Source: the human T2T-CHM13v2.0 reference genome, Homo sapiens
Reading direction: 5' to 3' (one strand)
DNA: 64,000 nucleotides
NCBI RefSeq assembly: GCF_009914755.1
Contig: NC_060932.1
The notes under the pieces are model-generated. The model had not been told where the DNA came from. It did not search any database and was given only the letters and a program-made list of their open reading frames with translations. This document shows, piece by piece, positions 41,749-54,317 of this stretch (position 1 is its first letter; each line of letters opens with the position of its first letter). Position numbers and translations under genes: made by a program.

Positions 41749-42534
41749 ATAAACTCTTTCATCTATTAGCCTGAATGGTGTTGGCATTCAGTGATTATCA
41801 GCTCCTTGAATAATTTTTTAAATTTCAGCTTATTTTTGAATTCTGGGCACAGGAGATTCCCTGAAAGACTTATGACTGTTTTTTCAGTTCACTTTACAGA
41901 GAGGAAAAATGTCTGACAGGAGATTGCTTTGGTCAGTGAGTGTGTGGAAGCAAGTATAATGCATTCTGATTCTTCTCTGGTGTTGCCAGCTACTCACGGC
42001 TCCATTTTATTTCTCTCTGTTCAAAGCACATCTCCTAACTAGGCTATAGTTGCGTAGGATGTAGGGGAAGAGGGTGAGGGATAGGAGGAATAGTGTGGCT
42101 ATGGGGTAGAGTAGGTAGTCTAGTCCACAGAGCTGCTTGGTCCTGAGAGAGTATAGTAATCCCTCTGTCTATTGTTCCCTGATCCCATTATTCTCTGAAG
42201 GACTCTACTACCTCTGTGTTTTGAATTGCCTTAATTATTTTTGGTAAAAGCTCTTCCTTGGGCTTCCATATTCATCCTGGGTCAATGCTTCCTTCCTCAT
42301 TTGATACTATCTACATGTGGTTTCTGTTCCTGTAAGAATTTATCTTCCTGTATTTAAGTGGCTATTTATGTATTATTTTAAAAGTTATCCTCTTATCATT
42401 TCTAAGTTTTGGCATGGGAAGGAGGGACACTATGTATGCCTATTTTTACCGTCTTAAAACTGAAAGTACTTGTATCAATTTACTAATACACTTGCAGTAT
42501 ATTGTCAGGTAGAGATTAATGGAAGCAAAGTAAT

Positions 42535-42863
42535 TGTCTTAATCCATCTGGGCTGCTATAACAAAATACCTTAGACTGAGTAATTTATAAACAACAGGAA
42601 TTGTTTATAAATTTGGGATGTTCAAGATCAAGATGCCAGCAGATTTGGTGTCTGTTCGGGGCTTGCACTCTGCTTCAAAGATAGTACCTTCTAGCTATGT
42701 CCTTATGTGGTAGAAGGGTAGACAAGATTCCTTGGGAATCTTTTATAAGGGCTCAACCCTCACAAACTAATGATCTCCCGAAGGCCCTACCTCGATACTA
42801 TCATACTGGGGATTGTTTCAACATAACGAATTTTTGGGGGACACAAACATTCAGACCATAGCA
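42535..42863 (-). mobile_element. MST/MLT1A-type MaLR LTR
   Basis: tgtcttaatccatctgggctgctataacaaaatacc ... acaaacattcagaccatagca. Confidence 0.75.
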
Positions 42864-44931
42864 ATAATGAAAAAAAAAGAAGAAAAAACAAAAGCTGATC
42901 CTAACAAGGACTTTTTATTGAAAGAGAGCAAGAAACATGACTTGCCTACTTTAGACAATGAACTACATGTTAGTGTAGTACCTTATTTTTCTACAATGCC
43001 TTGAAGTTATTTAAACATCCCTCATTTGATCTTCACAATTCAATGAGATGGATATTATTACTTCTATTTATAAGATGAGAAACAGGCTGAGGTACTCTAA
43101 ATAATATGTTCATAGAGGCTGTGTGGAAGAAATGAATTAAATCCTTTCCCCAGCCTGTAAGTCCAGTGCTTTGTCTAGTCTACTATTAAGTACAGATAAA
43201 GTTATATGAAAAGCTAAAAAACAGTATTCTTTTGGTTAAAATAGTGACTTAAAGGAAGGTGAAGAAAAGCATTCAAGAACCCCTTAAAACATATAGTCTA
43301 ATACAGAAGAACAAAAATATACTAAGTGAAATTAAAGGCGCTATGCCTTTGAGAGGCTTTATTTAAAACCACACTGGGCCTTGTATGGAAACCAAGCCAT
43401 AAGCTTCAACTGACATTCTTTCTGCAGTCTCCATCATGAATCTGACCACTCAAGTTTTAATTTCCTGTCAGATAAGATAAATGGAAGACAAGATCTCACA
43501 ATTAGGTTTCAAACTATAAACAGCCTTCATGAAATCTTTGAATATATTTCGTCTAGTTCACTGCTATGAGTTGTTGCTTGGTCTGAATACATTTTAAAAT
43601 GGAATTCCTTAGTTTAAATTGTAGACTATTCCAGGGCAGAAGTTGGGAGCTTTCACATCTGTGGTATTCCCTAAGGAAAGTGCCTTTTGTAGAGTCTGGT
43701 TACTGCTCATTCCAGCTTTTCTTTGTAACTAGTGCTGCAAGGTTTACAAGTATGGTTGAAAGAACATCACTAGGTATACGGCTCTCCTATCCAGTGGAGA
43801 GGTGCTAACTGTATAACTGGCTTTTAAAACCTGAAAAGACTGTTTTTAAGGAATAAATGACTAAGGATTGGGAGTCTTAGATTGAGAGAAGAGAGAAGTA
43901 GAGTTTGACATTTTGCAAAGGATAATTCACTAAAAATACCCATGAAGGTTATTTGGAGCAATTTAGAAATATTGGAGGGACTTATCTATCTGCCAAAGGT
44001 AGAGCAGGAGAATTCTATGACATGTTGAAATTGCTGTGCATGTTTTCTTTTGGTTCTTTGGTTGGAACATAAATGGAGTTTAATTAAAGTTACACAGGGA
44101 GGAGTAGGGAAAATCTCATGGGGACTCAAACAGGAGATACGGTAAGGCTGGGCAGAGCTCAGAGGTACTGGAGTTAGCATGTGATTCTCAGTTCAAGGAG
44201 GAGCTGGAATCCTCAGCTGCATGAACATTTAAGTCATCATACCTGTTACACTTAAATGCAGCATATCTTAGCCATGTTCCAAATGCTTCTTCTGCTTATA
44301 CCTTTTTTCTACTCCTTTATAACTTCAACGTGCACATAGCCCACTGTAAACTCTCCAGTCCCTGACATAATACCTGTTCTATTTCAGCTTCCAGAACTAA
44401 ATGTCAAATTATTTCCATATTTCTTGGTTTGAATTCCTGAAGAGTGTATGATTAGGCCAACCCTTTTGCGGCTAGGTGATTGAATCAGAGTTTGTGGCCA
44501 GGCTATATTGGCTTTCTTTGGCTCAAGAGTCAAGCTCTTGTTCAGTTAGTTCAGTTCCCAAGCAGTAGAATTATATGGTGTAAAATCTGCATATGACAGG
44601 GTCTCTGGGTGGGTGGTTGCACTTCGAAAGGGGGGCATCAACAGAGTAGGAAACGTTTGGTGGTCCTATTGTATGTTGAATGGTATTCTTGACTAATTTT
44701 TAACTATCTTGAAAAGGACTAAGTTCTGAGTAAGACGTGACACCACCGGAGTTTTTTTTTTTTGAGCAGGGGAGTGATATAATTGGACATGCTTTAAAGG
44801 ACTACTTTAGATGCTCTCTGGAGATGATCACTATTCACATTTTGGCGTATTTCCTTCTTCTCCAGTGTAACAATATTTCTTTTACTGAATCTTTTCTTTT
44901 CTTTCATGGATGATTACTTAACATTTTGTAG

Positions 44932-45379
<448 letters not shown>

Positions 45380-45401
45380 TCTAGGATATATTTTAAATAG
45401 A

Positions 45402-45879
45402 TGTATTAGGGTCTGCCAGAGAAACAGAACCAACAGGATATCTCTCTCTCTTTCTCAACATATTTATTATAATAAATTGGCTTACATGATTATGGGTTTG
45501 AGCAGTCTCACTTCACTAACTGCTGTATACAAGCTGAAGGCCCAGGAAAGCCAGTGGTATCCTTCCAGTTCAATCATGAAGGCCTCAGAAGCAGGAGAGC
45601 TGATGGCATAAGCCTCAGTCCCAGTACAGGAGAAAACTGATGTCCTAGTTCAGTCAGACAGAGTGAATTCTCCCTCCCTCCACCTTTTTGTTCTAGTCAT
45701 GCCCTCAACAGATTGGATAATGCCCAGTCACAATGGGGAGGGCAATCTGCTTCATTCAGTTCATCAATTGCTTAATTTCATCTAGAAACACCCTCAAGGC
45801 ACACCAAGAAATAATGTTAAGCCAAATATCTGGATACGCCATGGCCCAGTGAAGTTGACACATAAAATTAATCATTACA
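45402..45879 (-). mobile_element. MLT2-type LTR
   Basis: tgtattagggtctgccagagaaacagaaccaacagg ... aagttgacacataaaattaatcattaca. Confidence 0.75.
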
Positions 45880-46769
45880 GTAAATAAGTTTAAATATATT
45901 TGAAATATTATTATATGTTCTGTTTAATTTATTTACTAATGTTTAGTTAACTGTGTGGTCATTTTATTAAAAATAGGTAATTATAGTCTTTTTTGGGGGG
46001 AGGAATCAGATCTGAATTACTTTATTTGTAATTACAATATCCTTTAATCAAGGACTGATTGATTAGCACATAAAGAATGTACAGTTTAGAACCATAGATG
46101 GCAATTTTAAATGGATCATCTCAAAATTATGCTGCACATGTTTATGTGTATTTGAACATCAAGTCATTCAGGAATAGTATTAATTCTAAAAAGGGTAAAT
46201 GTTATCAGAGTTTTAAGAGAAATTTTGGTATTCTCTATTAATTTATTTGTGAAGATATTCTAGGAAAGATCTGACAATCAATTACTGTACTTTTTCATCT
46301 CATCTGATTCTTAGATATGATCTCAGGCAAATATTCAATAGACTATTCATTCTATTTTACTTTATTTGTATCAAATATGATAAGCATCAACTATATATAT
46401 ATTGAAATATGTTTAAGAAGAATTATAGTTCTACATAATTATATACATTCACTTTAATATAATAAGCAAAAATGACTCTTGCTGCCAATAGTATTAGGCT
46501 CCTATATAGGTATGAATGAACACTGTTCTGAAACACTGCTGCACATGGTACTCAACAAATGATAACAAATCTATTTGGAATGTGGAAAATTTTCTTTTCA
46601 AAAGCAGAAAGTGAACAAGGGGAAATGGAAATGAATAGTATCAGCTATTCTGGAGAAATAAAAGTCTGTAGGTTCTAGCAGTAGAATTGTAGGGTTAAAA
46701 ACCTGTATTTCTTTCTCTTTTTATCTCAGTCTCTTTCCAGACCTCCTAGGTTTTATTCTCTAATACTAA

Positions 46770-47082
<313 letters not shown>

Positions 47083-48060
47083 TGTTTTCTGCTTTTCAAC
47101 TCCAATTCTTGTGCTTTATGTTTATCGGATTTCTGCGATGGATAAAATATGATGATATATGATAGATGACAGAGTAGTAGTTGGAAAGAGTCCAGGCCTA
47201 GAGGCCTATTTCATTTCTGTTTGCAACAGCTGAAAACTTGTGTGCTACAATTGATATGGCCCCTCCTCTTTCTGGGCCACTTAAAACAACAGCTTTGATA
47301 ACTTGTTCTGAGTTACCTTTTATTCTATGTAATTAACTTAGATGACTTTCTTCCTAATAGAAGGAAGAGCTTCAGGGGCAATCCAATAAAAAGGAAAATT
47401 TTCCTAAATTTTCAGACAGTACAATTACTATGTAAAATTGAGGCAAATATTTTGTTAGCTTTTTGCTTTTATCTTCTGTTTCCCTTTGTCATGTACTAGA
47501 CAACATTAGGCTGGTGCTCACAAGTTTTCAGACTCCTGGTAAAGATGATGAAAGTCCCTGAAAAATGTTTGCAAAATGGTATCCTCTGATGTAAGTCTTT
47601 ACATTTCAAGGAACATTCAGAAATTTCAGGGTGTATGTGATTCAAGACATGAGAGGTTTGGCAGCTCAGTCCTTTCACATTATTTGAAGGGACCTTAGGA
47701 ACTGGCTTCTAGCAACAAATCTTTCCTTAACTGGTGTCCCTAGGAAGCAGGACTACCTGAGAGGTGACCCTGGGACAAGATTGGCAGGGGGCCATGGCAG
47801 TTTCATTCCTGGATGTTTATGTGTACACAATTTTCACTACCCTGAATGCTTTTTCTTCTCCTGTATGATTTCGCCTTGACTTTTAAGGTTCAGATGAAAT
47901 ATTTTCCCCATGTAAACTTGGCAGAGTTCTTGTAATTCACCTAGGTTTTATATTCTGCATCTGTAAATAGAAGCTAATAATATCCTTTTCACTGAGGATT
48001 AAATGAGACATGGGATTGAACCCAGGTCTAGCTAACTCCAAAGTCATTGCACTTAAACAG

Positions 48061-48479
48061 TGTATTAGGCCATTCTTGCATTGCTATAAATAAATACCTG
48101 AACCTGGGTAATTTATAAAGAAAAGCGGTTTTATTGACTTGCAGTTCAGCAGGTTGTACAGGAAGCATAGTGGCTTCTGCTTCTGGAGAGGCCTCAGAAA
48201 GCTTTCAATTGTGGTGGAAAGCAAAGGGGGAGCGGGTTGTCTCACATGGCAGGAGCAGAAGCAAGAGAGAGAGAGCAAGAGGGAAAGTGCAACATACTTT
48301 TAAAGAACCAGTGTCATGAGAACTCACCATCATGAGAACAGCACCAAGGGAGATGGTGCTAAACTGTTCATGAGAAACATCTCCATGATCCAGTCACCTC
48401 CCACCAAGTCCCACCTCCAACATTGGAGATTACAATTCTACATGAGATTGGGGCAGAGACACAGATTCATAACATATAA
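48061..48479 (-). mobile_element. MSTA/B solo LTR
   Basis: tgtattaggccattcttgcattgctataaataaatacctg ... ccacctccaacattggagattacaatt. Confidence 0.8.
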
Positions 48480-49014
48480 AATATAATGCTCAAGATATTT
48501 TAAGCAACTACCCACTTTATTTTTTCCTAGTCTACCATTTATATAGCAAACATTCTTTCTAAAGATACCTTTATTATCTGCATTGGTCTTTTGACCCTAG
48601 GCATTCACTACCTTTTATTGATAAATATTATTTTTTGGTATGGATAATCAAGCATTTATTGAAAAATATTTATTGAACCACATTTATGTATTAAACGTAT
48701 GCTAGATCAGGAGATACAAAGAATAAGAAATCGTTCTTATGAAGGGACTGAAAGACAATGTGACATGGTCTTGTAAAAAGTTACATTGAATTGTAAATTG
48801 GGATATTACAATGAAACGTCGTATGTGTAGGTCTACAGCTTGAAACTAGGGTTTTCTGTTTCCAACAGAATGTTAAGCTTTTGAAAGCAGGAACCAGTCT
48901 TCTATTTCATTCAACTTTTCATTATTTTTAGCCTAGTGTCCTGTTCTTAGTAGGTGTTGGGATTTATCCATATATTTATTGATTTGCTTTAGTAAAATAG
49001 AAGCTCTCTATTAC

Positions 49015-49551
49015 ATATTAGTTACTTGTAGCTGTATAACACATTACCCCAAAATTTAGCTGCTTAAAGCATCAGAGATTTGTTATTTCACACAGGTTCT
49101 GAGGATTAGGAATCTGAGAGTATCTGAACTGGTTGGTTCTAGCTCAGGGTCTCTCATGAGTTGTAATCAAGTTGTCAGCTGGAATTGCAGTCATCTGAAG
49201 GCTTGACTGGAGCTGGAGGATCTGCTTCCAAGATGGCTTACTCACATGGCTTTTGGCAGAAAACCCCAGATGCTTAGCATGTGGGCTTCTCAACAGAGCT
49301 ACCTGAATATTCTTACATCATGGCAGCTGGCTTCCCCCAGAGTAAGTGACTCACAAAGAAGAGAGAATAAGCAGGAATTGCAATACCTTTTATGGTCTAA
49401 TCTCTGAAGTTGTGCACATCACTTCTGCTTTATTCTATTCATTAGAAGTGAGTCACTAAGTCCAGTACGCACTCAAGGGGAGGAGAATTAGGCTCTACCT
49501 CTTAAAGGAGCAGTAACAAATAATTTGTGGATATATCTTAAAGTTACCACA
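49015..49551 (-). mobile_element. MLT1F/G-type LTR
   Basis: attaccccaaaatttagctgcttaaa; ggaggatctgcttccaagatggc; agaagtgagtcactaag. Confidence 0.65.
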
Positions 49552-51669
49552 GTACACTAACAGCACAAAATGTACTCTATCATTATTTTCTTTTTGAGCT
49601 CTGTAGGCTGAGGGCAAAACTTCAGAAAATAGGAAGATGAAGGCAGGGAAAATAAAGAGGGACTGGGAGAATGCACAGGGTAGTTTAGAGGGAATGAGGG
49701 TCTGGCATAGGGCAAAGAATCTACACAACCTGGGAATGTTATGTTCTGATGTCTTAGGTATTCATAAGAAGGGGGCTAAAGAGAATGACAGTGAGAGATG
49801 GAAGTGGGGAAAGAATGAAGAAGAACAAAATAACTGAGAGAAAACAAGGATAATTGTGTAGAAAGTGAAAGGGCAAGAGAAGAAAATAAAATAAAATACC
49901 TCTAGGAAAAAATCTCTGGAATCAGTCAAAAGCTGTTGCCCAGTTGTGAAGCAAATAAGCCCATTGGAACTGTCCAAAGGGGCTATTTTCTAAAATCTTT
50001 ATTGTATAGTATCTGAGTATAACTGTTTGAGACATTTTTATGGTGATTTAGGTGCCAATGCTGAAAAGAATGAATTAAGATTCAAGAGTAGAACAATTTA
50101 TAATTATTTTAAAGAAAATATATGGAGAAAAAAAGATAAGAATTGGTAGAAGTTTTTTTGTATAAAAGATTTAGAAATAAAGTTGTTATCAGAGACAATA
50201 ATTATATAACTGAAGAGTCATTGCTGGGCACATTATGAACACATTTAGGCTATGAAAAGTGAAATATAAATGTGTGATGAAACCAAGGCAAGGTGGAATT
50301 AAAATTCCATCCTTCCTCATTCCCCTCCTAATTACTTAGTGGGGAGAGAGAAAGTATTGAAGTCATTTCATCTTTTTCACATACAGATATAGAGAAATTT
50401 CATTATAATCTTGTGGCATGTTTAGATATCAGAGATACAACATGTGGAACTGACATAACATACATGCAAACTAAGTGGTCAGATAGATTTACTGCTTTAG
50501 TTGTGTAGGTCAATTACACAAAGACAATTTATATGACCAGGATATTATTTAGAAGGAAAAGAGATAAGACCCATGCAAATAAACTGGCAAGACCTAGTTA
50601 AGTATCAAGAGAGACATTGTAGAGTTTAGACAATGCAGAGTTAATAGGAAGAGGAGTATCTTAGAAACATCAATAGGAGAAAGAAGCAATTGATGAATGG
50701 AATTAGGCATATGATTTAACTTGGCAGCAATGGTCCCCATGAGAAGGGAGTGTCCAAAATAAGTAAAGTTCAAGGGATGTAACTAGACTGTTAAAAAGCA
50801 GAGTACAGACTTTAAAGATAGTCAGTGGAGGCCCAAAATGGGGATTTTTGTCTTACTCTTAAGCATTAACTCACCTAAGAGGGAACAATGATGATGATCT
50901 TTTACATAAAATATGGAAAAATAAAAGACTATCAGCTTTGATATTGACAGGCACATTTTTCTTCACATCAGGGGGCCTATTTTTGGTCTATTTTCCAACA
51001 TTTAAATGAAGAAAGGGTTTTCTAGTATTTCTTTTGGTTATAAACATAGTTTTCTGAATTGGAAAATTTAGGAAAATATAAAAGTGCATAAAAATAAATT
51101 ACAACTATACAACCCATTGACAACTGTTAATATTTTAGCACATTTCTATGTTTTGTTTTAATATTTATGATTTAAAAGATTTTTTTAAAAACAGTTTTGC
51201 ATACTGCTTACTTTACTCAGTATCATATCAGGACAATTTTGTCATTAAAAATCTCTTGTAAACATCATTAAATTTATTACCTTTTAATTTTTGAATAAAT
51301 TTTAAGGGGCATAAGATAGTTAATCCTAATATTTACTAAAACATTATAATACAAAATAGAAAATAAATGATACATGTTTAAATTATTAATGGTTGAAACT
51401 GTTGACTACGTACTGTGATAATAACAGGTAATACTAATTATTTACTCTGCCACAGGAACTGTTCTAAGTACTTTGTATGGATTACATCATTTAACAATCA
51501 TATTAGCCACTATGAGGAACCTATAATTATTATTCCCGTTTTACTTAAAGAGGTTTAGTAATGTGGCTCAAGTTCTCACAGCTAGTAAGTATGGAGCTGA
51601 AATCCAAACAAGGCAATTTGACTCCCAAGTCCATCTTTCTAAATCTATACATTTTGCATTATATGTTTA

Positions 51670-52850
51670 AGCCTTGCATTAGGAACTGGAGATAGAATGA
51701 TAAGGAAACCATAGAGGGTCTGCTCTTGCTGAGCTGTAGCGTGTAGAGAAACAGTTATTACCAAATAATTAACATTTTAAATGTATAATTACAAACTGAA
51801 ATCAGCACACTAAATGAAAGGAACATAGATCGACAATAGACAACAGGAGCCTGACTAAGTGAGTAAACTAGGGAAGGCTTCCTGGAGGAGGTGACACAAG
51901 CTGACAGCTGAAGAACGAACAACAATCAGTGAGGTAAAGGGGAAAGATACATTCCAGACAGAAGGAATAGCATGCAGAAAGGCCCTAGAGTGAGAGGGAA
52001 CATGAATGTTCAGAAAACTGGAAGAAATTCAGTGTGACTGGGGCTCACAGATTGTATGGGAGCAGGCTGTGGCCCAGGAATGTAGGGCATGCTGAGGATT
52101 TTGAACTTTAAGGACAATGGAAATCTCAGAGTTTTATGTAGGTGGTGACATAATCAGATTTATTTTGAAAGGATCTTTCCATCTGAAGAATGACAGACAT
52201 ACTGGAGGGAGGCTAGAGGGAATGTGGGGTGGATTTCTGGTAGACTTTTGCTGAAGTCGAATAAGAAATGAAGATAACTCGGTCTAAGGTAGTGGCAGGA
52301 AAGGTGGAAAGACCTGAACATATTTAAGAGATATTTAACAGGTAAATTTGAAAATGGTGATGGAGTTAGTATGTTTTCTATGGGCTGAGATAGACAATAC
52401 TAGAAGACCAAAATTTAGGAGGGCAGATCATGAGTTCAATCTTGGAAACAGTGAGTTTGACATGTGAATATTTTGAGTATGCAGTTGCGTACTGAGTGTG
52501 GAACCAGAGTCTTTGCCATAGAGATTTAATCAATTTGATGAATATGGGTAAAAAAAAAAAGAAGAAGATAAAGTGCAAAGAGAATGTAGTGGGCTCTGGG
52601 GAGCACTATTTCATGACTGGGCAAAGAATTATGAGTTATCAAGGAAAATTTAGTTAGAAGAGCATGTTAACTAGGTTGGAATTGTTGGCAACAACTGAGG
52701 GTATACTGGAAGTTGGTGATGATGAATTTATGGTGATTCTTGTCTCCCCTGAGGTGTGACTCTGCAAACAGCACCACAGAGGCAAGGAAGCCTGGTGGCA
52801 AGAATGACCCAGAAAGGTTTTGTAAGATATGTGAAACGAGAAGGTTGAGT
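51670..52850 (-). mobile_element. L2 remnant (further L2 pieces at ~15490-15600, 36890-37050, 53690-53960, 55100-55950)
   Basis: agggaaggcttcctggaggaggtgaca; cattccagacagaaggaatagcatgc; gtgacataatcagattt motifs. Confidence 0.65.
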
Positions 52851-52933
52851 GTCAGAGGATTCAGGCATGAGATAGCATAATTTACCATTCATTTTTTTTA
52901 AACATAGAAAAGGGTTTCTTAAAAAAAAATTGA

Positions 52934-53233
<300 letters not shown>

Positions 53234-54258
53234 TTAAATAATTCTGAGAAATACCTTTTATGCATAAACATTTGTCTCTTTTAAATATTTCTTTTGGAGA
53301 AATTCCTATAAGAATTACTCAAAGAGTAAGAATAACTTTCAGCCTTTTAAATGACATTGCCAATTTGTTTCCAGATTCCTCTAATCTTGTTTGCATGGGG
53401 GCAGTGGCTGTTCTAATTTTTATTCTTTGTGTTTTGACAGGCTAAAAGAATGTATCCTTCAAATTCTTCTTTCTTACTCTCTTTCAGCTGCTGTGTCATG
53501 AGTAATTTTCTTTGGTTAAGGTGCATATCTCATGCACATGTGAGAAGGTCTTCATGTTGCTTTGGAACAACAAAGAAAACCTTCTGGTTATTGAATCTTT
53601 GGGTCATAAGCACTTTCCCTCTCAACCACTAAAGATCTTACTCCATTTTGTTGTGATGTTTTATGATATGGACAAAACTGAGGCCAAATTGTTCCAAGAA
53701 GAGGGAAATGCAAAGGCCCCAAGGTGGAGAATGCTTGGGAAGAAAGCCAGTGTTACCACAGTGGAGAGAGACAAGAGAGAAGTGGAGAAAGAGTGAGAGA
53801 GCAGGTACTGGGAGATGAGGCCAAAGAGATAGTGCAGAATCCAAATCATAACCAAGTCCTGAAGGCAGGGTGAGGAGTGTGCATTTCATTTTGAGTGAGA
53901 TGAGAAACCACTGGGTGGTTGTAAGAGGGGGAGTGAAGTGGTATGATTTGCATTGTAAAGCAATTGCATGGTTAGGGTTGGCACACACAGGCAGGGTGGA
54001 AGTAGAGGCCTCTTCGGGCTACTGGTTCTCAGGTAGTTCAAGGGCAGAAATGGGGTCTAAAGCAGGTATGGGGTGGGGACTGTGCGGTGACACAAATAAG
54101 CCCTCCCAGATCAGTTATTTCTATGCTGATGTCTAAATGGAAAAGCCTGAAGAGGACTCTCCCTTCGGCTTTAAGGCCTAGGGTACAAAAGGCAGGGCAG
54201 GGCCTGGGCTTGGGGGCCTTCATCTGCTTCTCCCTGACTAGAATGAGGAAGGTCTCAG

Positions 54259-54259
<1 letters not shown>

Positions 54260-54295
<36 letters not shown>

Positions 54296-54317
54296 ATCTG
54301 TGTGTGTGTGTGTGTGT
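54260..54317. repeat. Compound microsatellite (GTCT)n(CT)n(GT)n
   Basis: Seen directly in the sequence. Confidence 0.9.
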
